DNA of 64,000 nt from a virus (taxonomy: Duplodnaviria > Heunggongvirae > Uroviricota > Caudoviricetes). The DNA lies in IMG/VR virus record IMGVR_UViG_3300042889_002176, positions 20,554 through 84,553 of that record; one strand, 5' to 3'. The notes beneath the pieces were generated by a model. That model saw nothing but the letters and a program-made list of their open reading frames with translations. It was not told where the DNA came from and made no database searches. The first letter of the stretch is position 1. Each line of letters starts with the position of its first letter. This document shows positions 1 through 12,000 of the stretch, piece after piece. A program made the position numbers and the translations under genes.

Positions 1-742
1 CGCCAGGGTCATTGGAAGAGTAGGCGGTCACAGCCTGGTCATGGACGATGGAAATCTTGACGGGCAAAATGTCATGATGCGATTGCGAACCAGCAAAGGA
101 CATCAAATTACCATGAGCGACAGTGGTAACTTTTTTTACATTATTCATGCCAACGGACAAACCTGGCTGGAGTTTGGTGCAGAAGGCACAATGGATGTGT
201 TTAGTACCAACAGTGTAAATATTCGGTCTGAAGGCGATATCAATCTGCATGCAGACCGAGATATCAATATGTTTGCTGGACGCAATGTCAAAATCAAAAG
301 CAAAGAAACGATGCAATTGGAATCTATGACTGATATTATCATAGATGCACAAACTGATATTACCATGTACAGCAAAGCCACCATTGGAGTCAAATCTGAT
401 GGTACATTAACCTTGAACAGTGCCAGCGGCGCCTGGGGCGGCGGCAGCACATTGGTGTTTAGTGCTGGCACTATTGACCTAAATGGAATAGCAGCAGGCA
501 AAGTTGCAACACCCAATCCTATTGTAAAAACCGTACTCAATGATACCAAATTTAGCAGCAGCACAGGTTGGGTAGTTGATCCTGGCACACTCGAAAGTGT
601 GGTAAGTCGCGCTCCTACGCATGAACCATATTCGTATCATAATTTGGGAGTTGACGTAAAAGTTGTATTTGAGGATGGTAAACCAACACCGCCTCCGGGT
701 GCAGTACCGGTGCCTGCTGATGTCGAAATAGTGGCCAAATAA
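1..742 (+). CDS. 5'-truncated virion protein, beta-helical spike-like C-terminal region (baseplate central spike / gp5-needle-like, tentative)
   Basis: Frame is open from the window edge, with no stop before the Met at 41. An 8-10 aa alternating polar/hydrophobic periodicity (DINLHADRDINMFAGRNVKIKS...IGVKSDGTLTLNS) is typical of a triple beta-helix. It lies immediately upstream of gp25/gp6-like baseplate genes. Confidence 0.4.
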   Translation, partial: ARVIGRVGGHSLVMDDGNLDGQNVMMRLRTSKGHQITMSDSGNFFYIIHANGQTWLEFGAEGTMDVFSTNSVNIRSEGDINLHADRDINMFAGRNVKIKSKETMQLESMTDIIIDAQTDITMYSKATIGVKSDGTLTLNSASGAWGGGSTLVFSAGTIDLNGIAAGKVATPNPIVKTVLNDTKFSSSTGWVVDPGTLESVVSRAPTHEPYSYHNLGVDVKVVFEDGKPTPPPGAVPVPADVEIVAK

Positions 743-743
743 C

Positions 744-2195
744 ATGGGTAGTTTTACATTTAACCTTGATAGTTTAAAAGCCAGTGTTGGCCCGGGCACT
801 GCCAACTTTGAAAGTAATCTTTATTCCAAAACAAAAGACGAAGATTTAACCTATACTGGAACTGATACTGCAGTCTGGGATAGAGTCAATGCTGAACGAC
901 TGCGTAGGGGACTTCCAAGTTTAACAGCACTTGGATATCCTCGACCGCCGGAAGATACGCCAGCACCTGCATCTACCTCTTCGGCTGCCCCAACAAACCC
1001 AGACGGAACAGCAAAAACTTTTGTAGTCAAGGGTCCGCCAGGGCTGACACTTGAACAAGCTCGTGCAATATTTGATCAACAGGCCAAGACTGGATCACTT
1101 GTGGGATTCAAGTCAGGTGAAATACTGAGTGCAGTTACACAAGCTGAAGCAGGTCTTCCTAGTGCGCTAGCACAACTAGGGCAAGCAAAATCTGGAATAA
1201 TTGGCGCCCTGGGTGCAGGAATTCCAGGCGCAACTGGCCCAATTGGGTCATTGTCTGCAATACCGAGCTCTCTAGGATCCGCGGCACAGACAGCAGTTAG
1301 CTCTATTACAGGAGTTCTTGCAAAAACTCCAGTGACTTCTCCTATCAGCATTGCTGATTTTTCTAAACAAGCAGCAGCACTGGCACCAATTGCCGGGATC
1401 AGCAGTTCTCAAGTTACCGGAGTTCTTGCACAAGCAAAAAATCTTGTGTCGCAAAGTCCCGCAGCATTGACCAATGCCAAAGGACTGGGGTCTTTTGGAC
1501 TTGATGTCAACCAGTTGGAACTTGCTGGACACGTCAAACCGGGAACTGCTGCTGCATACAGCACAAGTTCTTTAACCAGCGTTCTCAATAGCCCGTCTGT
1601 TTGGACTGGCAAAGGCGGCATCACTGGAGTCAACAACTTGTTGGCGAGCCCAGCAGCTCAAGAAAAAATACAACAAGATCTAATGAGTCAAGGATTGAGT
1701 GTGTTAGGCCAGCGGGGTATACCAGTTAGTAGCCTCACTGCTGAATTGCAATCAGGACTTGCTTTAAACTCTGCCAAGTCAGTGGCTGATACAGAAGCAT
1801 TTGTTAAAAAATTACCATTACCGCCCTCAGTACAGGCACAGTTTAATGCAACCACTCGAGATGCTGCTTTTGCTGTGGCCTTGACAGATTCTAAAATTCC
1901 TGAAGCATTTAAAGCCATTGAAATTCCAATACCAGCAATTGATACTGTGAATCGCTCTACATTAAATGCTGCCATTGGTAGACTAGTGGGCAATGACAAA
2001 GTTCCATTGCCCAATTATGGAACACCTGACGCATCTCTCTATTCTAAAACCAAAGATGAAGATTTAATTTACACTGGCAGTGATACTATTGTGTGGGATC
2101 GTATAAATGCCGAACGACTACGTCGCGGACTACCAGGGCTAGCAGCAATTGGTTATCCAAGACCCCCCGAAGAAAACACCACACAAACTGCATAA
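744..2195 (+). CDS. hypothetical virion protein with duplicated ~47-aa N- and C-terminal module and Ala/Ser/Gly/Leu-rich low-complexity centre
   Basis: A 483-aa ORF starts 1 nt after the previous stop. The segment NLYSKTKDEDLTYTGTDTAVWDRVNAERLRRGLPSLTALGYPRPPED (nt ~810-955) recurs as SLYSKTKDEDLIYTGSDTIVWDRINAERLRRGLPGLAAIGYPRPPEE (nt ~2037-2180). Confidence 0.6.
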   Translation: MGSFTFNLDSLKASVGPGTANFESNLYSKTKDEDLTYTGTDTAVWDRVNAERLRRGLPSLTALGYPRPPEDTPAPASTSSAAPTNPDGTAKTFVVKGPPGLTLEQARAIFDQQAKTGSLVGFKSGEILSAVTQAEAGLPSALAQLGQAKSGIIGALGAGIPGATGPIGSLSAIPSSLGSAAQTAVSSITGVLAKTPVTSPISIADFSKQAAALAPIAGISSSQVTGVLAQAKNLVSQSPAALTNAKGLGSFGLDVNQLELAGHVKPGTAAAYSTSSLTSVLNSPSVWTGKGGITGVNNLLASPAAQEKIQQDLMSQGLSVLGQRGIPVSSLTAELQSGLALNSAKSVADTEAFVKKLPLPPSVQAQFNATTRDAAFAVALTDSKIPEAFKAIEIPIPAIDTVNRSTLNAAIGRLVGNDKVPLPNYGTPDASLYSKTKDEDLIYTGSDTIVWDRINAERLRRGLPGLAAIGYPRPPEENTTQTA

Positions 2196-2203
2196 ATATC
2201 AGC

Positions 2204-2581
2204 ATGGCACAAGCATTTATCGGATTCAACACACAAAACCAGTTCAAAAAGTTTACCTTGACCGGGTTTGAACTAATCAAACGCGATCTCCTGAATGCGT
2301 TCAACATACGGCAAGGCCAACTTCCGGGACGGCCAGCTTATGGCACGGTACTATGGAATTTTTTGTTTGAACCTCAACTGGAATCAACTCAACGAGAAAT
2401 TGAAAGAGAAGTGCAGCGTGTGGCCGGACAAGATCCCCGTATATACATCAACAGCACACAAGCTTTTCCTTCGGGCAACGGCATTCTGATTCAGATTGAA
2501 CTGGAAGTGGTGCCTAGCACAGATGCTGAACGCTTGGCCATCTTCTTTGATCTAGAGCAACGCAACGCCACCTATGTATAA
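2204..2581 (+). CDS. baseplate wedge protein, GPW/gp25 family
   Basis: A ~125-aa protein carries the gp25-type core (…GRPAYGTVLWNFLFEPQLESTQREIEREVQRVAGQDPRIYINS…). I chose the ATG at 2204 rather than the track start 2093, which overlaps the upstream gene. It precedes large wedge-like genes as in T4-like phages. Confidence 0.6.
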   Translation: MAQAFIGFNTQNQFKKFTLTGFELIKRDLLNAFNIRQGQLPGRPAYGTVLWNFLFEPQLESTQREIEREVQRVAGQDPRIYINSTQAFPSGNGILIQIELEVVPSTDAERLAIFFDLEQRNATYV

Positions 2582-2627
2582 CTGAGCCGTTTTTAGTCTC
2601 GATAAATAAACTACGAGGCTCACAAGA

Positions 2628-5600
2628 ATGGCAACAACCACAAGACAAACAGCAATTTTCGGCGTTGAAGACTGGAAACAGATCTATCAAACCTATCGAG
2701 AAGCAGACTTTCAAAGCTATGATTTTGAAACTTTGCGAAAAAGTTTCGTTGATTACTTGCGATTGTATTATCCAGAAACCTTCAATGACTACATTGAAAG
2801 TTCTGAATACATTGCTTTGCTGGACGTTATTGCGTTCATGGGTCAGGCCCTGGCCTTTCGTACAGACCTCAACACACGTGAAAACTACTTGGACACTGCT
2901 GAGCGTCGTGACTCAGTGGTACGTCTAGCCAACTTGGTCAGCTACACTGCCAAACGCAACACTGCGGCACAAGGACTGCTCAAAGTGTTCTCTGTGACCA
3001 CAACAGAAAACGTCATTGACTATCAAGGCATTAATCTTTCCAACTTCACAGTAAACTGGGCAGACCCAACCAATCCCGACTGGCAAGAACAATTTACTGC
3101 GGTTCTCAATGCCAGTCTGGTGGATTCGCAACGTGTGGGCCGGCCCGGAAACCGTAACACTATTTTGGGAGTGCGTACTGAAGAATATGCCATAAACCTG
3201 GTGCCAGGATTTTTGCCAGTTGTGCCTTACACTGCCACTGTAGACGGCGTGACCATGCCGTTTGAAGCAGTGACTTCTACCTCTGTGGGCGAAGATTATT
3301 TGTATGAACCGGCTCCCCAGGCCAATCAGCCTTTCAACGTCTTGTTCCGCAATGACAGCCTGGGTTTTCAAAGTGCCAACACTGGCTACTTTTTTATGTT
3401 CAAGCAAGGCGTGTTGCAAAACCAAGACTTTAATTTGTCCGAACGAATCAGCAACCGCACAGTGAACATCAACATTGAAGGCGTCAACAACGAAGACTAC
3501 TGGCTGTTTCAGTTGGACACAGTGGGCAACGTCAATCGCGAATGGACGTATTCAGAAAACATTTATTCTGCAGCAGCCGAACAACTGGGAACAAGCCTGC
3601 GCCCTATCTATACTTTAAATTCTAGAACCAATGATCAGATCACCATGGTGTTTGGTGACGGCGTGTTTTCTGAAATCCCTGTGGGCACATTCCGTGCTTA
3701 TGTTCGCGCAAGCAATGGTCTTCAATACATCATTAACCCTGAGGAAATGCAGGCAGTGACCATACCTGTCAGTTACATCAGTCGTGAAGGTAACTTGGAG
3801 ACTATGACATTTACTTGTGGTATCACACAGCCAGTTAGCAATAGCCAGGCACGTGAAAGCATTGATGCTATCAAGCAACGTGCACCCTCAAGGTACTACA
3901 CTCAGAATCGTATGGTCAACGGCGAAGATTACAACCTGTTTCCATACACCGAATACAGCAGTATCTTAAAGAGCAAGGCCTTGAATCGTGCAAGCATTGG
4001 CACCAGCCGATACCTGGACCTAGTAGACAACACTGGCAAATACAGTTCTACCAACACATTTGGCAGTGACGGCGGCCTGTGGCAAGAGATAGTGTTGCCC
4101 ACAATTCTTTTTAGCTGGGTCAATCGCAATGAAATTGCTGATGCAGTTACCAATCAAGTGCAGCCTCAACTGACTGATAGTACAATGCAACAATTTTACT
4201 ATGCAAACTTTCCACGTGAAGCAGTTAACACAGGATCAACGCTAGGCACCACTTGGCAGCAGAGCACAACTTTGGCCAATGAAACCACTGGTTACTTTAA
4301 AAATGCAGCAGGTCAGCCAATTGCTGTGGGCTCAACTACCAGCACAGTTTTTAAATATGTTGTGACCGGAGCACTGATCAAATTTGTTGCTCCCACAGGA
4401 CAATATTTTGATGCCAACAATCGATTGCAAACTGGAGTACCAGGTCGTGTGAACGAACGTACCAGTATCTGGGCAAGTCCACAACAGGTCATTGGTGACG
4501 GCTACAACGGTGGACTAGGCAATCTTTCATCAGGTGCTGGTCCTGTGACCATCAACAACTTTGTGCCCACAGGTGCAATTGTAGATACTATTATTCCGTT
4601 ATTTGTAACAGATTTGCCCTTGAGTTTTGAACAGACAATAGCTGAGCAAATTTTATTGTATCGCAACTTTGGTATTGGCTACGATAACGACGGTGCTGTC
4701 ACAGGTACGCCTTACACTTGGTACCTGATTACTAGTACCAACCTAGATCAAGATGCTGAGTTCAGTCTGGCTAATGCAGGATCCATTGCTGGTACTAATT
4801 CAGACGCTAGCTGGATGGTTCAGTTTGTAACGCAAAATCAAAACTACACAATCAGTTTTCGAGGCCTGGCCTATAACTTTGGCAGTGTATTACAAACACG
4901 ATTCTTCTTTTTTGACGACCAGCAGATCTACGACAGTCGCACAAGCACAGTGATCAAAGACTTTGTGAATGTGCTGGCAGTAAACACACAGCCAGACACC
5001 ACTGCCAGTTTACCAGGAGATATTCCCATGACCATTACTGGTCAACCTGTAGAAAGCGATGGCTACGTAGACGACTTCCAGGTCTTGGTGGGGTTCCGTG
5101 ACTCGGACAACGATGGCGTGCCCGACGATCCAGATTTCTTTGATGAAATTGTTGCTCCTAGTGTGAATCCCACACAAAAACTAGTGTTTTTCCAACAAAC
5201 AGTGGATTTTGATAATCTGCAGCGTTATCTTTTGGTTGAGTCCGGTCGAGTCAACAGCGACTATGCTACCCTGGACGACCTTGAACTGGTCAAAGATGAA
5301 TGGTCACCTGGACAAGTTTTTTATGCCTACGATCCGGCAGAATTCTACGAACTCAGCATCAGTACCACAGGTGCAAGAACATTGGTGGCCGTGGCGGGAT
5401 GGATTGCTAGAACAGGTCGACAGGACTTGTATTATCAATATCGCCACAACAGTCCTCTCAGCAGTAGAATTGATCCTGGCACAACCAACATCATTGATCT
5501 GTATGTGGTCACTCAAGATTATTATACTGCATACCAAAACTGGCTGCGTGACACCACTAACACTGTGCCGCAGCCTGCTGTGCCATCCATTGACGAACTC

Positions 5601-6059
5601 AGCACAGCTTATCAAAGATTGCAAGACTACAAGATGTTGAGTGACAATATTGTCACAAACTCAGTAATATTCAAACCCTTGTTTGGAGCCAAAGCAGCCC
5701 CCGAACTGCGAGCCACAATCAAAGTGATTCGTGCTAGCAATTCAACAGCCAGTTCGAGTGAACTCAGAAGTTCTGTAATTGCAGTTATGAATGACTATTT
5801 TTCTATTGATAAATGGAACTTTGGAGACACATTCTACTTCTCGGAACTTGCAGCGTTTTTACACCGAGAATTAGGCAGCATAATTAGTAGTGTGGTGCTG
5901 GTTCCTTTAAATCCTGAAAAGAGTTTTGGCGACCTATACGAAATTCGCAGCACCCCAAGCGAGATTTTTGCCAATGGTGCCACCATTGACAACATTGATG
6001 TGATCGACGCATTGACCAGTACCAATTTGCGTACTACACCTGGAAGTGGAGTTATCTAA
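2628..6059 (+). CDS. large baseplate wedge protein candidate (gp6-like by synteny)
   Basis: A 1,143-aa ORF directly follows gp25-like with an SD-like spacer, and its stop overlaps the start of the giant gene (TAATG at 6057-6061). The assignment rests on position only. Confidence 0.4.
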   Translation: MATTTRQTAIFGVEDWKQIYQTYREADFQSYDFETLRKSFVDYLRLYYPETFNDYIESSEYIALLDVIAFMGQALAFRTDLNTRENYLDTAERRDSVVRLANLVSYTAKRNTAAQGLLKVFSVTTTENVIDYQGINLSNFTVNWADPTNPDWQEQFTAVLNASLVDSQRVGRPGNRNTILGVRTEEYAINLVPGFLPVVPYTATVDGVTMPFEAVTSTSVGEDYLYEPAPQANQPFNVLFRNDSLGFQSANTGYFFMFKQGVLQNQDFNLSERISNRTVNINIEGVNNEDYWLFQLDTVGNVNREWTYSENIYSAAAEQLGTSLRPIYTLNSRTNDQITMVFGDGVFSEIPVGTFRAYVRASNGLQYIINPEEMQAVTIPVSYISREGNLETMTFTCGITQPVSNSQARESIDAIKQRAPSRYYTQNRMVNGEDYNLFPYTEYSSILKSKALNRASIGTSRYLDLVDNTGKYSSTNTFGSDGGLWQEIVLPTILFSWVNRNEIADAVTNQVQPQLTDSTMQQFYYANFPREAVNTGSTLGTTWQQSTTLANETTGYFKNAAGQPIAVGSTTSTVFKYVVTGALIKFVAPTGQYFDANNRLQTGVPGRVNERTSIWASPQQVIGDGYNGGLGNLSSGAGPVTINNFVPTGAIVDTIIPLFVTDLPLSFEQTIAEQILLYRNFGIGYDNDGAVTGTPYTWYLITSTNLDQDAEFSLANAGSIAGTNSDASWMVQFVTQNQNYTISFRGLAYNFGSVLQTRFFFFDDQQIYDSRTSTVIKDFVNVLAVNTQPDTTASLPGDIPMTITGQPVESDGYVDDFQVLVGFRDSDNDGVPDDPDFFDEIVAPSVNPTQKLVFFQQTVDFDNLQRYLLVESGRVNSDYATLDDLELVKDEWSPGQVFYAYDPAEFYELSISTTGARTLVAVAGWIARTGRQDLYYQYRHNSPLSSRIDPGTTNIIDLYVVTQDYYTAYQNWLRDTTNTVPQPAVPSIDELSTAYQRLQDYKMLSDNIVTNSVIFKPLFGAKAAPELRATIKVIRASNSTASSSELRSSVIAVMNDYFSIDKWNFGDTFYFSELAAFLHRELGSIISSVVLVPLNPEKSFGDLYEIRSTPSEIFANGATIDNIDVIDALTSTNLRTTPGSGVI

Positions 6060-9000
6060 TGGCAACAGTACGCAGTGTTGACTTTTTACCTGAAATTTTT
6101 CAAACTGATGCCAACAAGCAATTTCTTGCAGCAACTCTAGACCAGTTAATTCAAGAACCACAGTTCAAAAAGACTCAGGGATTCATTGGCCGCAGTGTAG
6201 GCCCTGGTGTCAATCCCAACGACCGTTATGTGATTGAGCCCACCAAGTCTCGAACAGACTATCAACTGGAGCCAGGAGTGATCAGTCTCAAGCCAGACAC
6301 TGATCGAGTGCGTGATGCAATCACATATCCTGGCATGAATGATGCTGTGGCATATCAAGGCGGACGCAACAGTACTCCTGATCAACTGTACTCAAGTGAG
6401 TACTATAGTTGGGATCCGTTTGTGGACTTTGACCCGTTTGTAAATTTCAGTCAGTATTTTTGGTTGCCTGCAGGTCCCTCCGCAGTTGATGTGGCTGCCA
6501 CAGGAATACCTGTACAAGCCAATTTCCCAGTCACACGAGCGGATGGTGTGTACACGTTTGGTGGAATCTCCGGCCAAAATCCTGTAATCGAACTGGTACG
6601 TGGCGGCAGTTATAGTTTCCAAGTTGCACAAAACAACAAAGAAACTGTAAATTACCGAGTGCGTAATTTGCAAAATTCAGCGTATTCAATTGATGCTCAA
6701 TCAAATCCTGACCTGACTCTGGCCCGAGGCAACACCTATGTATTCAACTTGAACTTGACAGGCGTGTTTCCATTCTGGATCAAAACTGCTCCCACCACAG
6801 GTCGTGGCGAACTTTACAACTCAGGAGTGACTCGCAATGGATCCAACTCGGGATTGGTAACTTTTGTTGTTCCGCAAGACGCACCTGACACCTTGTACTA
6901 TGCAGCAGAAAACGAAGCAAACATGCAAGGGCAACTCACCATTGTTGACAGCGTACCAGGAACAGGACCAGGATTTTGGATTCAGGCCGCGCCTGGCGTC
7001 AGCGGCTTCCTGCCGGCCACTCCTAACGTCAGTTCAAGAGATGTGTTTGGGGTGGACAACAACGGTCAAGATCTTGGCACGGTGATTTTCAACGTACCTT
7101 ACAAAACTGCACAAAACTTTTACTACAATCTGCCTAGTATTAACAATGTTGATTTAATCACTGATTTAAAGTTTGATCAGATCAACAACATACCTGTTGT
7201 TGAATTTATTGCTCAGTACGGCGGCATTGATGGTATCACCAATCTTAGCGGTCGTACGCTAGTATTCACCAATCCCATCAGTGACTACGAAGACGGCGGA
7301 TGGCAACGTACCACCAGGTTTGACCCGTTGGAAGCTGTGTCTGCCAACAATGGCCTGCCAGGCAGTTATGACTCTATAGAGTATGATCAGACCACAGTGA
7401 TTCCACTTGAAGATCGATACCAACTATGGCAAATCAATTATGTCAACGACTCAGGCACAAACTACATTTTCTTAAGCCGTATTGAGACCATTGATGCTTT
7501 GACCAAATTCACAATTCGTTACGGCACAGAATACAGCAGCACTCAATGGTACAAGGACAACACAGGATTATTTGAGCGTATTCCATTGTTGACCGCGGCA
7601 CAAGACGTCTTGTATTACCAAGACGGAACAGATCCAGAAATTTTTGGACAAATTCGGCTAATTGATCAGTTGGCGTCCGACACGCTAACACTTGATCAAA
7701 TCATTGGACAACGTTCATACACCAGCCCCAATGGTGTGGCCTTTACCAATGGCCTCAACGTTCGATTCATAGGTGCTGTGGAACCAGCAGAGTTTGGATC
7801 AGGCATTGGATCGTTAACATACAGTTCCACAGAGTCAGGAACAAATTACATTACATCTTTGGAAGTAAATGAATTGTATGTTGGTCAACAGATTGTGTTT
7901 TCTGCACCTACACTGGGCGGCCTTGTGGCTGGTCAAACATACTATGTGAGATCTTTTGCAGCCAACGGACAGAAGTTCACAGTGTCTGCTACCCTTGGCG
8001 GCCTGGCAGTTAACCTTGTAACAGGTCAAGGTGAAGGAGTCAATCAGGCCACCACCATCAGTAACAGAGAATACTATGTGTCAGGGGTGGGCACTGCAAT
8101 TGAATTGTTACCAGTAACTAATTTTGTGGTACCTGAATCATATGCTGCTGACGCAGACAGTACCACAGTGAACGTTGAGCCAGGTCAGCCGGACTATCTC
8201 ACAATCAATCGTGCCAGTCAGGATCTAAACGCCTGGAGCCGAAGCAACCGTTGGTTCCATATTGACGTGATAAATGCCACAGCTGAGTACACCAATGTCC
8301 CGGCAGTGCTGAACAATCAATTCAGAGCCAAGCGTCCTATTGTTCAGTTCCGTCCTGGTATCAGATTATATAACATGGGCACCGAAGGCAAGGCACCAGT
8401 GGACATCATTGACTTTGTGGCCACAGATGCGTTTAGCAACATCAATGGCTCTCTTGGATACACCATCAATGGCTATGCACTTGCAGAAGGATCTCGAGTG
8501 ATCTTTGCAGCAGACACCGACGCAGATGTACGCAACAAGATCTATCAGGTGAGTTTTATCATTCCTGATTCAGTAGCGCCATTGATTGCTCAACCAGTGA
8601 TTAACTTGACCCTGGCCACTGACGGTAATGTACTGATCGATCAATCTACTGTGGTATTAAATGGCACTACCACTGCTGGCAAGACCTACTGGTTTGACGG
8701 AACAGATTGGACACAAGCACAACAAAAAACAGGAATTCAGCAGGCACCCTTGTACAATGTGTACGACACTGTAGGTGTAAGTTTTAGCAACAACACCAAG
8801 TACCCCAGCACAACATTTGCTGGTAGCAAATTGTTCAGTTATGCAGTGGGAGATACCAACATTTTTGATCCTGTGTTGCAATTTCCACTGCAATATTTAA
8901 ACATCAACAACGTTGGCGACATTGTGTTTGAAAACAACCTGTACAAGGACACATTCTTGTATGTTGAAGACAATGCCAGTGTGACATTGGCAATTGATCA

Positions 9001-12000
9001 AGGTTCTGTGCAGGAATATCAGTCTCGCACAGGCTATAACAAGTTGATTGGCTGGCAAACTGCCGCGGTTACCAGCCAGATCTATCAACAATTTAAATTC
9101 AACTATTCTGGGCAGACTCTCAAATTAGATGTTGCAGTGTTACCGCAAACAGCTATTGCTGTGCCTGTGGTCAAAATATACGCAGGTTCAGTATTCCAGG
9201 ACATGAGCACCTACACTTACACTGTGACCGCAGACAGTACTGTAATTACTCTCAACAGAATTTACACACCCGAAGATGTGATTGAAGTACTGGTGTTGAG
9301 TGACCAAACCAGTCAAATTGCGTTTTATCAAGTACCTGTAAATCTTGAGTCCAACCCACTTAATGAAAACTCAGAACTGTTTACGCTGGGCACAGTTCGT
9401 TCGCATTATCAAAGCATATGCGAAAATTTGCCTGGTCTAACAGGCGAGATCAACGGTGCCAACAATTTGCGTGATCTTGGCAATGTGGTACCGTATGGTC
9501 TGAACATCTTGCAACAAAGTGCTCCACTGACCCTGGCAGGATACTTTCTACGCAGCAAAGAATACAACATCTTTAGTTCGCTGCAGTACAACAGCCGAGA
9601 ATATATCAAGTTCAAAGCACAGATGCTGGATGCTGTGTTGAGTCAAAACATTGGTTTCCGCAACACCGCTCAAGTGTTGGACACTGCTATTCAGGATGTG
9701 ACTCTGGGCAAGTTAGACAGTCAACCGTTTTACTGGAGCGACATGATTCCTACAGGAGTCACCGTGGCCAGTAACACCTACACTGTGGGCTTTGTTACTG
9801 GTGTCACATTTGATACTGTGCAAGTGTACAACTACACATCAGCCAACTATCTTGGCCTGTTGGTATATCGCAACGATTTGTTGTTGACTCGCGGTGTAGA
9901 TTATGTTGTGGCCACAGACGGTCCTCGAATCACTATTATCACAACATTGGCCACAGGCGATACAATTGTGATCAACGAATATTCCAACACCTATGGCAGT
10001 TTTGTACCCAACACTCCTACTAAACTGGGATTATATCCTGCATACCAACCAGGCATTGTGTTACAAAAAACCAGCACAGGTACAATTGAAGCGATTCAAG
10101 GTCACGACGGTAGTACTACTCCTGTGTTTGGCGACATTCGTGACCAAGTATTGCTGGAATTTGAAACCAGAATTTATAACAATTTGAAACTAGACGGTAA
10201 CCCTGTGCCACTGGATCTGAACAATGTCATGCCTGGCCAATTCCGAACCACCGGTTATAGTTTTGAAGAAATCAACAGCATTCTCAGTCAAGACTTCTTG
10301 AGTTACTGCGGCTGGAACAAGTTAGATTACAAACCACAACAATACAGTGCTAACAATTCATTTACCTGGAACTACAGCAGTGCACAAAACAAGCTGAACA
10401 ATCAAAACATGCTGGGTGCCTGGCGAGGAATCTATCGTTACACCTACGACACACAGCAGCCTGAATACACTCCTTGGGAAATGTTGGGTCTGAGTATTCG
10501 TCCCACCTGGTGGAACGAGCGATATGGTCCTGCGCCATACACTCAAGACAACTTGGTGTTATGGGATGATATCGAGGCTGGTTACGTAGCGGATCCTGTT
10601 GCTCCATACTTTGCCGAAGGATATGCTCGCCCAGGGCTGCTGGAAATACTACCTACCGGAACCGAAGGTGAACTACTGAGTCCTGCTCAATGCGTCATGG
10701 GCACATTTAACGAAACACAATTTCAGAAATCTTGGACTGTGGGCGACGGTGGCCCGGTTGAAGCATCATGGTGGAACAGTTCCTCTTACCCGTTTGCGGT
10801 CATGCGAGTACTGGCTCTTACCCGCCCAGCAAAATTCTTTGCATTGTTTGCTGATCGAGATCTGTATCGTTACAATGAAGACTATCAACAGTATCTTTAT
10901 AATAATCGATTTAGACTAGATGCTAATGGGGTCGAAGTGTACGGCAATGGTGTCAGCAAAGCCAGTTATATCAACTGGATTGTGGACTACAATCGTCTTA
11001 CTGGCCTGGACTCCACCAACAATCTCACTGCAGATCTCAAGAGCCTGGACGTTCGACTGTGCTATCGTATGGCCAGTTTTAGTGACAAACAATACATCAA
11101 ACTGTACACTGAAAAATCAAGTCCCAACAGCATTAATACTACATTGTTGATTCCTGATGAAAGTTACGATATTTTATTGTACAAGAATCAACCGTTTGAT
11201 CGTGTGAGCTACAGCAGCGTGACCATACAACGAACCGATCGTGGCGGATTTATTGTCAATGGATACAGTACTGTCCAGCCGTACTTTAACATATTTGAAA
11301 GCCGTGCAACTGGCCGATTGCAAACATACACCAATGGTGGCATAACCATTCGTGTGCCCACATTCTACACTGACACAGTGGTCCAGGTTCCATACGGATT
11401 TGAGTTTTCTAGTGTGACCAGTGTGGCAGACTTTTTGTTGAGTTATGGACAATTTTTAGACAGTCAGGGACTGAGCTTTACAGATATTGCCAATGGCTAT
11501 GTGCTGGATTGGCCAAGAATGGTCAATGAATTCATGTATTGGAGTCAACAAGGTTGGGGTACTGATGCTATCATCAACATAAACCCATTGGCCACTGGTC
11601 TCACAGTTACTAAACCACAAGCTATTGTGGATTCAATTCTTGCACAAACTGCTGAAAACAGTGTGTTGAATCAAAACAGTCAAGAGTTTCCTGTTCGCAA
11701 TCTAAACATTGTGAGATTGGACAACACATTTGTGATGCAGGCTCTGAACGACAACTCCATAAGTTTTGTTGATCTAAGTTATACCACCTACGAACATATG
11801 GTTGTGTTGAACAATCAAAGCGTGTTTGGAGATTTAATCTATGATCCTGTGACCGGAGCAAGACAAAGTCGCTTGAATCTAGTTGCAGTAAACAGCACAG
11901 GTTGGAACGGCAATGTTGATGCTCCTGGATTTATTTTAAATCAGGACAATGTGGAAGAATGGACAGGAACTCGCATCTACAGCAAAGGCGAAATTGTCAA

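Noticed and set aside
2093-2203. N-terminal extension of the gp25-like ORF (track start 2093) overlapping the upstream gene by 100 nt
   Set aside because: The in-frame ATG at 2204 sits 9 nt after the upstream stop and yields a ~125-aa protein of typical gp25 length. The upstream extension is simply open frame.
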